Shown: positions 53,897-64,000 of the stretch, in pieces
How positions within the stretch are numbered: position 1 is the first letter of the stretch
Layout: each line of letters begins with the position of its first letter
NCBI GenBank assembly: GCA_964016885.1
Contig: OZ024743.1
Location: forward strand, 205,282,001-205,346,000
Reading direction: 5' to 3'
DNA: 64,000 nucleotides
Origin: Eledone cirrhosa
Taxonomy: Eukaryota
Position numbers and translations under genes: made by a program
Notes under the pieces: model-generated
The model's database searches: none
What the model saw: only the letters and a program-made list of their open reading frames with translations
Told to the model about the DNA's origin: nothing

Positions 53897-56624
53897 TTCC
53901 TTCTTGGTCAGTCTGTAAACCAATCACCTACTCTGTCTTCCATTATTAATCACACACTATGACACTAACGTAAATACTTTCTCTAAATAGCCTAAACACC
54001 TACAATTTTCTTTATTCAGTCCCTTTGTTGTTGTTTAACCCCAAGCTAGTTGTAACCCTGCTGGTTTAGGTTTATGATCAAAAGCATTCCAGTTGACTAA
54101 CACGTCTTATTTTTTAAATCGAAAACATTATTCAGCCTGTTTCTTTTTTTTTTGTTTTCTTTAAGACGGTAGGTGAGTAATTGGAGAGAGGTTTTACTGC
54201 TATTTCTAGCTATTAAAGTGACCACGTACAATCAGGTATGTTGTGTACGAGGTAGATGTGTGTAGGAGACATACTTGACTCTCCTCTTCCCTTCTTTCTG
54301 TGGCTTTAAAAAATACATGTCTATGGATGTTCCAGTCGCATTTTAATTTCACGAGCAGGTAGTCCCGTTGATTGAATCAACTGGAACACTCGCGTCGGCA
54401 CCGACGGAAGTCCAACACATACAGGTAGATTAATATCACCGCTCCGACCTCGGCGTAGTCTGTCATCCTCTTCCATTCCCACTTTCTTTCTTCCTCTTTC
54501 ACTCCTTTCTTTTCATTTATGGCATTTATAGTCCTTTGTTTTACTTTCCCATACAACCAGATCTGCCCTTCTTTACTCCTCCCCTATTTTTTCATTACTT
54601 AGTTTAGTTTTTACCACTTCAATTCATTGTTGACTATTTGATGACATTTCAAATTCTCACGTCGTTAAATATAGAAATATAGATATTTGATTATAGCCGA
54701 AATAAAAAGCTGGTTTTAATTCTAGTTGCTAAACGTTTTTCTGTTGACCCTTGTGTTGTGATGTGTGACCCATTGTCGCACGTGAATTCAGGATAGTTTT
54801 TGTTTTTTGCCCCACCACTTTTTTTCTTTCTTTCTCTCGTACTGATCGTATATTTTGGTGTGTTGTAATTGTAAGGTTCCTACCAATAGTTAATTGTATT
54901 TATATTTTCATTCTGAAAGAATTGTGAACAATTTGTAATGTTAGTTATACAACTGTAATAAAATAATGTATTTTACTTATGTAGCTAATAAATCAGATTT
55001 ATGATATCACAATTTTATTTCTTTCTCTTTTATAGGTATATACAGTAGTTTATTAATAACATTAGAAATTGTTTATAATTCTAACAGAATGAAAATATAA
55101 ACATATACTAAATACAATTAATTATTGCTAGGAACCTCGCAAATATAACGCATGATCAATGCGAGAGAAAGAGAAAAGGAAAGAAAAACAAACACAGAAA
55201 CAACTATCGATTCTCTTTGATAAATGTGAAAACCTTGTACTTATGTAAAATATCAATATTTTCAGATAAAACTTTTAATTCTATAATTTTCTACAATCAT
55301 CCCTTCTAGAATGTTTTGACAGAATTTGTCGTTCTGCTCAGAAGGTTCAACACCTTTCCTCATAGCTCCATTCCACTCAACTGGCAAAAATGAGTTGTAC
55401 CTGTAAATCAAAGGACTAGCCTTGTCACACACTGTCACATTGAATCTCCATGAGAACTACCTATGTTACAGGAACACGTGTCTGGAATGTTCAATGTTCA
55501 GTTACATGTCATGTACTAGAATATTCGTAACCGACGAAAGTCCAGCGCGCACGCACACGCACGCGCGCGCGCGTGGATTGATACAACAGAGTTGAAACTC
55601 CACTGTGATCAATTTTACCATTCATCCTTCAAGTATTGGCTTGATTTGATATTCTAATAATTGTTTCTACTTTTGGCACAAGGCCAGCAATCGCCCAGTA
55701 CATTCTAATAATGCATCCTAGATGTGAATGGAATAATAATAGACTTTGTTTTTTAGTCACAAACCTTCAGCTGTTCTGGTAGAGAAACAGGTCGCAGGTG
55801 GCGGATAGCGATACACCCATCAGATATTATGGTTAAGTTGCGATAAAAGCAGGCACCTGCCGGACCAAACAGCGGTTAAACTATTAGGGGATATGGAGCA
55901 AGAAAACTTTCAGAACCCAGTGATATAGCTACAAACCTTCAGCCTTTGTAAACGGACGACCACATTGTAATCGTGATATAATTTGCTTGAGGAGGAGAAC
56001 AAAGGTGAAATGGCTCCGCGCGCGCGCGTGTGTGATGGGGAGGATACGAATCCACTATTTTGCTTACCCTTTTTTCCTCTCTCTCTGGTCATATATTTTG
56101 TTGTTTTTGTAAGGTTTCTAGCAATAGTTAATTGTATTTGTTATATGTATTATATTTGTAATGTTATTCTGAAAGAATTGTGAGAAATTTGTAATATTAT
56201 TTATGTATATATTTATTACTTAATAAAATCAAATCGAGTAACAAGAAAAAAAAACAAAAAAACTACTATTTATACAAAGATAATTTAACCGATTTTATCA
56301 AATACTTTGGGTTTATAGTTTTAAGTAAATAGTGTAGTCTTAGCGATATAACTAAAACAATTAGTTTACAACAGGTGATACAGTCCAAGTAAGGGATTCG
56401 GCTTACCGGTAGCTTTACCTTTGTTATATATTCTAACACTATTAATATATCACCTGAAATAATAGTTGTTACATTTTCAGTGTTTAATGTTTCGTTTATT
56501 TGGTCAATCGCCGTTGATCAACATTTATATATATATAATAAGGGTTGATTTATATATAATTTATATATATATAGTAATTAGTTGATTATTATATAATTTA
56601 TATATAATTAGTTCATTATATATG

Positions 56625-56675
<51 letters not shown>

Positions 56676-57184
56676 ACTGATAAATACACTCCTAGAAATT
56701 AATTCACATAATAAAATGAATGAAAACTGACGGAAGGTAAAGATTATGATTAGTGTAAGAGTGAAACTAGGCGGGATTTACTTCCCGAAAAACTTCCTAT
56801 GTAAATATACTTTAGTTGACGTCCGAACGAGTATTCTCTACTAAACTACTCTCCGCCACTACGTCTCGGTTGGCAAGATTGAGAATGTATTGTCCCGGAA
56901 GACGGCGAGGGAGACGCGTTGAAACAGTCACTACACCTGACAGTGCTCGCACCTGCAGGCACGGCAATTAGTAAAGTGCTTTGAATATCATGAAGCCTTG
57001 TGTTTAGATCCTCCCTACCTCCTCTCACAAAAAAACCTTATGATTTTCTTTAGCCCCAAATCGACCCCGATGAAGTAGCGCAGTATATACTTTGAACAAC
57101 ACTATCTAATGTCTCTCTTTTTTTCTTTTGACAGTAGTGTAATATTTTTTATATTTATATTGAAAGATTTTATTCAGTTGTATT

Positions 57185-57232
<48 letters not shown>

Positions 57233-57234
<2 letters not shown>

Positions 57235-57760
57235 CATAGGTAAAATATAACGTTCGAGAAAGTGAAACTAATTTTTATGACAAGTGAATGTTTGTTTTTT
57301 AGCATTGCGTGTGTGATTATTTTTTCTTTTTCTTTTTTTGTGTATTGTGTGTACGGAAAACTAGACGTACCTTATCAACATCCTTATTAGACCGTATAAA
57401 TAGCTGAAATACAGTTGATCATCTCGCCAAATTTGTTGGCACCAACTCTCTGCCGCCAAAGAAATTCAGCTAAATACGAGGGGAATAAATCGTCGCTTGT
57501 CCCATGTTGTCGACGGAGCTTTTTCTTCGCACGGCTCCAAGTGTTCTCTATGAGTTGTGTGTGTACATTAGGTTGGCGAGATGATCAACTGTATTTCAGC
57601 TATTTATACGGTCTAATAAGGATGTTGATAAGGTACGTCTAATTTTCCGTACACACAATACACAAAAAAAGAAAAATAATCACACACGCAATACTAAAAA
57701 ACAAACACATTCACTTGTCATAAAAATTAGTTTCACTTTCTCGAACGTTATATTTTACCT

Positions 57761-57765
<5 letters not shown>
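57233..57765. mobile_element. MITE with about 195-bp TIRs inserted in (TA)n
   Basis: GGCATAGGTAAAATATAACGTTCGAG... 57233-57430 and its reverse complement 57573-57765. Confidence 0.88.
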
Positions 57766-57799
<34 letters not shown>

Positions 57800-58197
57800 G
57801 AAAAGTATAGAAATTATTGTGAGCAAGAAGCCAACAGTATTTCATAATATATATAATATATATATATGAGAGAGAGTGTAGGTCTCTTCGTTTTCTTGTC
57901 TAAATAAATAAGTACAAAACAGTTACAGGTCCAGAGTATTTAAAATGGCCAACTCTGACCTTATAAATTTGTATTGGATAATTGTACTCAACCATGCGAG
58001 GTTTTGTGTTATTTTTGCTTATTTTGAGCTTAAATGGACTATTTCTTAACTACAAATAGTGGTCTAACACATGATCAAATACAACTGTTGTTTCTGTAGA
58101 CGACAGCTAAACAAACCCATGAGCTGTTTTATGCAACTGGTGTTGCCTGTCACTTTGAGTTGCTAGAAATAGCAGTCAAATCTCCCTTAGATCATAT

Positions 58198-58800
58198 CTT
58201 TCTTCTTCGCCCACTTATTCTTGAGAAGGTCGTGGGGACCGAGTCCTCAAACACTTCTTCCAGTAGGTCCTGTCAGAAGCAACTGTCTCCAACTGATCCG
58301 GCTGGATCCCCAAGTAAGAACAGCCAAGCTCATAGATGTTATTCAGCCATCTTCCTCGGGGTCTACCCCTGGATCTCATGCCAGTTGCTTTTGCATGTAA
58401 AATCTGTCCAGCAATTCTTTCCTGAGATTCTAACTACTTGTCCATAGTATCAGTGCTGTGATTTCTCAATTTAGAGAAGTAGTGGCTCTACCTGAAGTGA
58501 CTCTCTGATCTCTGAGCTACCCACTCTATCAAGTAACATCACTCCGAAAACCCTTCAGAGGAATCCTATTTCTGTCGCAAGATTCATGACCATAAGTAAG
58601 GGTTGGCATGAATACCAAATTGAAGATAGAAAGTTTGGCTTTTATATCTAGCTCTTTTCTGACTGCTGAAGCTGGCTCATCACTGCACCAGCTCTTGCAA
58701 TTCTTCCACTTAATTCAGCCTCCTGCTTCCCATCAGCTGGCGGAGTCCGACTCCCACATTGAATAGTTTCGATTTAGCACCATCTATCTGAACACAAATA
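58198..58800 (-). mobile_element. Degraded RTE-like LINE 3' end with (GAA)n tail
   Basis: Minus-strand remnants (LTYGHES, GQVVRISGKN..GRPRGRW-like); homologous to 34535-34819. Confidence 0.7.
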
Positions 58801-59492
58801 CCTGGGCATTTGTATAGAGACATCAGGGTCACAAAAAGCGATGGTAGGTGTAATTTGAGGGAGATTTAGCTGCTATTTCTTGCAGGTGTCTTTCTTCTTT
58901 GATATTTCCGTCATCTGACAGCAATCTCTCAACTTATTTAATGAGGAAATTTCTCAATTTTTTCATGATGTATATAATTTGAATGTTGTTTCAAAATAAA
59001 CAGTATTTAAAAAAATATTCTTGTTTCTATTTTAATCTCAGCTTAATACTTTTCTTCTCTCATTTTAATTTAATCTTAATTAGACAGCAATAAATCTGTG
59101 TGTGAAAAGACTTTTAATGGGGATTCCATTATCCTTTCTTTACCAAATTTCTAGTGAAAGACACTTCCTATCATTTTCCCATAATATTGAATATCAATAA
59201 TTTGGAGAGGGATTTAGTTATATAACTTTCTTATTATTTGGCTGATGTGTGGAACATAACTTAACATAGGTTCTTACATAAAATTATGATGGAAGGTTGT
59301 TTCATAAATATAAACACTTTAAAATAATGAAAAAATTGAATTATAGACCAGTAGCAGTTTCAAGTGTTTTGGTATCAAAAAGGTGTTTCTGGTATCAAAA
59401 AGGTGTTTCTGGTATCAAGAGGTGTTTCTGGCTGTCTACATAGCTTGGATTGATTACCTGCAAACTAATATTATAGTAATACCTGTAGTATG

Positions 59493-59748
59493 TGTAGTTA
59501 GAAAAAGCTATCTCACTTACCGCTTTTCACAGGCGCCGCTAAATTCCACTGCAGGTACTCCTCTTCCACGTGCGTCCGACTGCTTAACACCGGGAGCTGC
59601 CCAAAACTCGCGTCCACACCGTGTGCTGGTCGCCACTAGAGAGAGACCCTCTCCTGGCCCTTCCGGTCGAGCATCATTCCGGCCAAAGACCCCTTCCGGT
59701 CGAGCACTCCCCCCGCCTCCGGCCACCGCACGCCACACCATACCCACA
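59493..59748 (-). repeat. 3' LTR
   Basis: 256 bp, preceded on minus by the polypurine tract. Confidence 0.95.
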
Positions 59749-59761
59749 CGCCCCCCTGATC

Positions 59762-62443
59762 TCAAGGATCAATTTCCCCCTCGTCCCTCTGCATATGAAA
59801 GTCTGCCGTCCAGATTGGTGGTCTACGACTTCGTTGCGATCTTCGTAGTATTGGGGCAGAGCTCTGGGTTTCCACCTCATCTTGGGTTTCCTCTTCCTCG
59901 GAGTCCGTCGACACAGTGATTCTTCTTACATCCAGGACATGACGTGGTACCCCGTCCACGGACACATTGTTCTTTGAATTTACCGCCGTCACCGTTCCCC
60001 TTCCCCATTGAGATGTGCAACGTGCATCTGGGGGCTTAACCCAGACTTCTTTGCCCACCTGCACAAATGCACTCTCTCTCCCCACTGGCCGGTGTGGTGG
60101 CGTGCACGGGTGCCGCCACTCGTATTTGAATACTGCTCTATGTGGCACCGATTCCTCGACCTGTCCAATCCGAGGGGACATATTGTACCAGAACACTGCC
60201 TCCATTGGTGAGATATGGCCCCGCTCCGCCATTGCCTTGATCGTCCGGTGGTGTCGCTCCACGATTCCATTCCCGCTCGGCCTGTGCGGCGCTCTGAAGA
60301 AACGATCCACCTTCCATCCATCGAGCATCTCCCTCAGTGCCTCCGAGCGGAACGCTGCGCTGTTGTCCATCAGCAGTTCATCCACAGGGCCCCGCTCCAA
60401 GAACACCTCTCTCAACGTCTGCACGATTTCCTCGGCCGTTCCAGTCTTCATCTCCCTCCATATCGCCATTCGACCTGGTCCACAGTCGACCATCGAGAGG
60501 TACGTTCCCTGCCGGTAGTGCGTCACATCCACCGCTAATCGCTTCCAGTCGCGATCCACCGGGAGGCTTCCCGTTTCGTGTACACCTGGGGCGGGATCAA
60601 TGGACTGACATCGGACGCAGCCTCTAACCACCCCCCCGATCACTGTGTCTGCTAACGTCCGAGTCGATTCTCCTGGCTAGGAACAGGCTCCTATCCACCC
60701 CATGCGGTGCATGTCATGCAACCCCTTCAGGTCTAACTCGGTCAGCCGACATACGGCAGCTATCTCATCCTCTACCTCCTCCGGCGCTTCACATCCAGGC
60801 TTTCTTCACTCTAGTTAAGATGTCCGCCCTATTTTTCTCTGAGGGCACGAACACTACGCTCAGCTTCAGGTCGAACTCGGTGGCCAGCTCTCCTAACGTT
60901 CCCAGGCGGCGCTTTATCAGCATCTCCGCCACGCCTCTCTTCTCACTGGTGAGCACTGATCTTACCCATCCGAGTACAGTAGCTGAGTCGGTGCGTATCT
61001 CGATGGTGCGCAGCCCCCACTGCAGGGCGAGGTTCACCCCTCTCAACACCGCGTCCAGCTCGGCCACATTGATGTGGCTGCAGTCGTCCTTTTTTCTAAG
61101 CCAGGCTGCATCCTCGACCTCAACACCTCCTATCTCCGTGACACCCAGCGCTATGCTGCTGGCATCGCACCATACGGTCCCGCTCCGTGATTTGGGAACG
61201 TACCAGCGTCCCCGCACTGGGTCGTCGGCCTTCACCCTCCCCATGATCTCCTGCATCATGGCCACCGTTCTCTCTCCCACTCTGTCACTCCAAGTCACCC
61301 CTCCCGCTCGTCTCTTGACATAGCTGCATGCCGTCCGGAGCCACACAGCGATTGGGTAGTGACCCACCAGCTTTCCACACACCGAGAAAAGCTCCTGCCT
61401 ATTCATACTTGGGCCCAGTTCCGGAACTTCGTTTCCCCTCTGGAACACCAAAACGCCCGTCTTATCTCGCCGTAGCCTAAGTCCTAGCGCGGCTCCTCCC
61501 TCCAATGATCTTCGGTGCGGAGCTCAGCCCGAAACCGAGCCTGGTCAGGCAATATGTCCGGCCCTTATACCTGACCAGCTGATACCGCCAGAGCTTCTCA
61601 TCTATATGCAACTGCAAGTAAGCCGACTTTAGATCCACGATCGCTGAACCCCCCCCGTCATAAGTCTCCACTCACGCAGGGTTTCCCCACAGACATCTGT
61701 GACCTCGCCACCCGTGTGGCATGACACGTGCTCGTTCAGCTCTCGATAGTCCAGCACCGGCCTCACCTTGCTCTTCGTGGGTTGCACCACCGCCATCAAC
61801 GGCAATACTCCGCACTTCACCTCCTCCTTCCAGGGAAGCAGTATGCTCTCTTCGATCCATCTCTCTACTTCTCGCTCCTAGCGTTTCCATTCAATGTGTG
61901 TTGATAGCAGCCCACTTTGGTCTTCAGTGTTGGTGGTTCTCCCTTCCAGTACCACTCAACAACCCATCGCTGCCCATCAAACACGGCCTTGAAGTCTTTG
62001 TCCTGTACAGTGTAAGCGGGGTATTCCTCCTCGTGGGCCTTCTGGTTCTCATGACGTGCACTCACAGCGCATACCGATGCAGCGCCGCCAAACGACACAC
62101 CGACATTGTTCACCGTGACGCCCCCTAGACGGCCAATCACGTCCATGCCCATAACCACGCCGATCCCATCCACCACGATGGCAGAAAGCCTTATCGTCCT
62201 TCCCCGTACCGCTATTTCCATCTCGCTGCGACCTCGGCATTCAATTTTCCTGCCGTCGACTGCCCTTACGCTGCTCTTCCCTCCCCACCTCTGTGCCACC
62301 CCCGCGGTCACCAGTGTCGTCGTACAGCCCGTATCCACGAGGGCTCGCTGTGGCTTCCCCCTCACGAAGACTTCCACCATGGGCAGCGCCGCTACTCGTA
62401 AGGGGCAACTACCGGTGCAGTAGTTCCCCTTGGATCGTTTCCC
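59762..62443 (-). pseudogene. pol pseudogene (protease, partial RT, RNase H, integrase)
   Basis: ALVDTGC; VRPVLDYRELN, DLKSAYLQ, LGFGL; WCDAS, HINVAEL, TDS; H..H/CVRC, DVTH, DN, GIVER; several stops and frameshifts, and the YxDD segment is missing at about 61505. Confidence 0.9.
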
Positions 62444-63150
62444 TGGTCGCAGTTAGTAGCGATGTGGCCTGGTCGCTTACACCGGTAGCAAATTATCTCC
62501 GGCTTCGACTCTCTACAGTCTCTAGCCATATGCGGGCCCTGGCACCTAAAACAGCGCCCCCTAAATTCGCGCGGACGGCCTCCCGAGGTTGCCTCCCTTT
62601 CACCATTTCGCTGCCAGGTGTCCTGAGCCTCCGTAGTTGCTATCGCCGCAACACTCTTTTTGGCATCTTCCTCTATGATCCGGGCTTGTTCCACCAGTGA
62701 ACGCATTTCCATCTCTTTATACACCGGGACTTGCTGCAGTTTCACCGCTATGTCGTCCGGAAATCCATTGATGAACGCCAACCGCACCGTGCGTTCGCAT
62801 TCCGCCTGGTAACCGGCCAACATAGCCAACCGCCTTATTTCCGCTGCGAAAATGTCGACGCGCTCACCATTCCACCTGATTCTCGCCAGCTTAGCAAAAG
62901 CCGCCAACGGTCCCTCGGCAAATGCATCCATCAGACGCCTCTCAATCTTCTGCACATCTCTTTGGCTGTGCTCGTCCAACTCAAGGAAGAGTACCAGAGC
63001 GTCGCCCTCGAGGTACAATGCCATGAAGCCGGCCACGTCTTCTATCTTCTGCAAGCCTGCGATCAGCCGAACCTTCCGCAGCCAAGCGACAACATCACCT
63101 TCCCCGGTGAATGCCCTGTTAGCTTCGTTCATCCGTAGTCTTGTCGCCAT
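62392..63150 (-). CDS. gag: Gag with two CCHC zinc knuckles
   Basis: Intact 252-aa ORF; CFRCQGPHMARDC and CYRCKRPGHIATNC. Confidence 0.88.
   Translation of the reverse strand: MATRLRMNEANRAFTGEGDVVAWLRKVRLIAGLQKIEDVAGFMALYLEGDALVLFLELDEHSQRDVQKIERRLMDAFAEGPLAAFAKLARIRWNGERVDIFAAEIRRLAMLAGYQAECERTVRLAFINGFPDDIAVKLQQVPVYKEMEMRSLVEQARIIEEDAKKSVAAIATTEAQDTWQRNGEREATSGGRPREFRGRCFRCQGPHMARDCRESKPEIICYRCKRPGHIATNCDQGNDPRGTTAPVVAPYE
62400..62443 (-). promoter_or_regulatory. -1 ribosomal frameshift signal
   Basis: G GGA AAC in gag phase at 62443-62437, 5-nt spacer, hairpin AAGGGG-AACUACU/GGUAGUU-G-CCCCUU; the -1 frame is open into the protease. Confidence 0.8.
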
Positions 63151-63178
63151 CTTCTGATTTGTTTTGCGGCAAGTGTTT

Positions 63179-63212
<34 letters not shown>

Positions 63213-63221
63213 TATTCAGTC

Positions 63222-63233
63222 GCCGAAATAGCT
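63222..63233 (-). other. Primer-binding site complementary to tRNA-Phe nt 1-12
   Basis: AGCTATTTCGGC directly after the 5' LTR; reverse complement GCCGAAATAGCT. Confidence 0.7.
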
Positions 63234-63498
63234 TGTAGTTAGAAAAAGCTATCTCACTTACCGCTTTTCACAGGCGCCGCTAAATTCCACTGCAGGTACT
63301 CCTCTTCCACGTGCGTCCGACTGCTTAACACCGGGAGCTGCCCAAAACTCGCGTCCACACCGTGTGCTGGTCACCACTAGAGAGAGACCCTCTCCTGGCC
63401 CTTCCGGCCAAAGACCCCTTCCGGTCGAGCACTCAAAAACCCCTTCCGGTCGAGCACTCCCCCCGCCTCCGGCCACCGCACGCCACACCATACCCACA
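63234..63498 (-). repeat. 5' LTR
   Basis: 265 bp, near-identical to the 3' LTR apart from an internal repeat rearrangement and one substitution noticed. Confidence 0.95.
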
Positions 63499-64000
63499 GT
63501 ATGTATAGTGTGAGTGGGTGTCTGTCTGAGTATGTATGTTGAGTGTGTAGTGTCAACTCCAGCAGGAACCAAATCCAATATACTACATTAACGTACACCC
63601 AGACTTAACATTTTGTTTTCTTTCTTCTTGCCGTATTTCTAGATAATTGCTATATGGAATGAGTATTCCAGTTGTTTGATCAGTGGAACAGCTTGCTCAT
63701 GAAATTAGCTAAACATTCCACAGACACGTGTACCTTTAATGTAATTCTCAGGGAGATTCAGTCTGACAGTGTGTGACAAGATTAGCCCTTTGAATAACAG
63801 GTACGGTTCATGTGATGGGATTCCAAACAGTCTCTGTCGACCAAGGTTCACTTACAAGACATGGGTTAACCTGAGGCTATGGTAAATGACACTAACACAA
63901 GATGCCCTACAATGGGATTGAGGAACAAGTTTCTTAACCATTTAGCCAACTAGATTATATGATGAAATATTTTTTTTGCGTATGTGTTCATTTAAGGATA

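Larger units (their letters stand above)
59493..63498 (-). mobile_element. Ty3/gypsy-like LTR retrotransposon, young but defective
   Basis: TG..CA LTRs 63234-63498 (5') and 59493-59748 (3'); 5-bp TSD GTATG; PPT AGGGGGGCG; order gag-PR-RT-RH-IN. Confidence 0.96.

Noticed and set aside
59383-63157. Plus-strand ORFs over the LTR element
   Set aside because: Antisense shadows of GC-rich gag/pol and LTR sequence without motifs

Overview
Eukaryotic, AT-rich, repeat-dominated animal DNA. The SINE bodies and the (GAT)n-tailed RTE 3' ends look like those of octopus-type cephalopod genomes (inference from pattern familiarity, not searched). There are no prokaryotic features. Almost all long ORFs are transposon-derived or microsatellite artefacts. 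Content: several RTE LINE copies (APE-RT with an embedded PHD finger), a 5'-truncated R4/Dong-like RLE LINE, a CR1 fragment, a decayed DD37D (maT) Tc1/mariner element, a Buster-type hAT deletion derivative, piggyBac/Tc1-type MITEs, non-autonomous Helitrons, many tRNA-derived SINEs, mini/microsatellites, and a young but defective Ty3/gypsy-like LTR element. The only plausible host coding sequence is a 23-codon first exon resembling NKAIN (46199-46267). Most interesting signals: (1) the LTR element's primer-binding site is exactly complementary to nt 1-12 of tRNA-Phe, not to a tRNA 3'-CCA end; (2) non-coding, (TA)n-inserted, terminally redundant or fold-back elements carrying hammerhead ribozyme motifs (Penelope/retrozyme-like), one of which has all core nucleotides but a strand order matching none of hammerhead types I, II or III.
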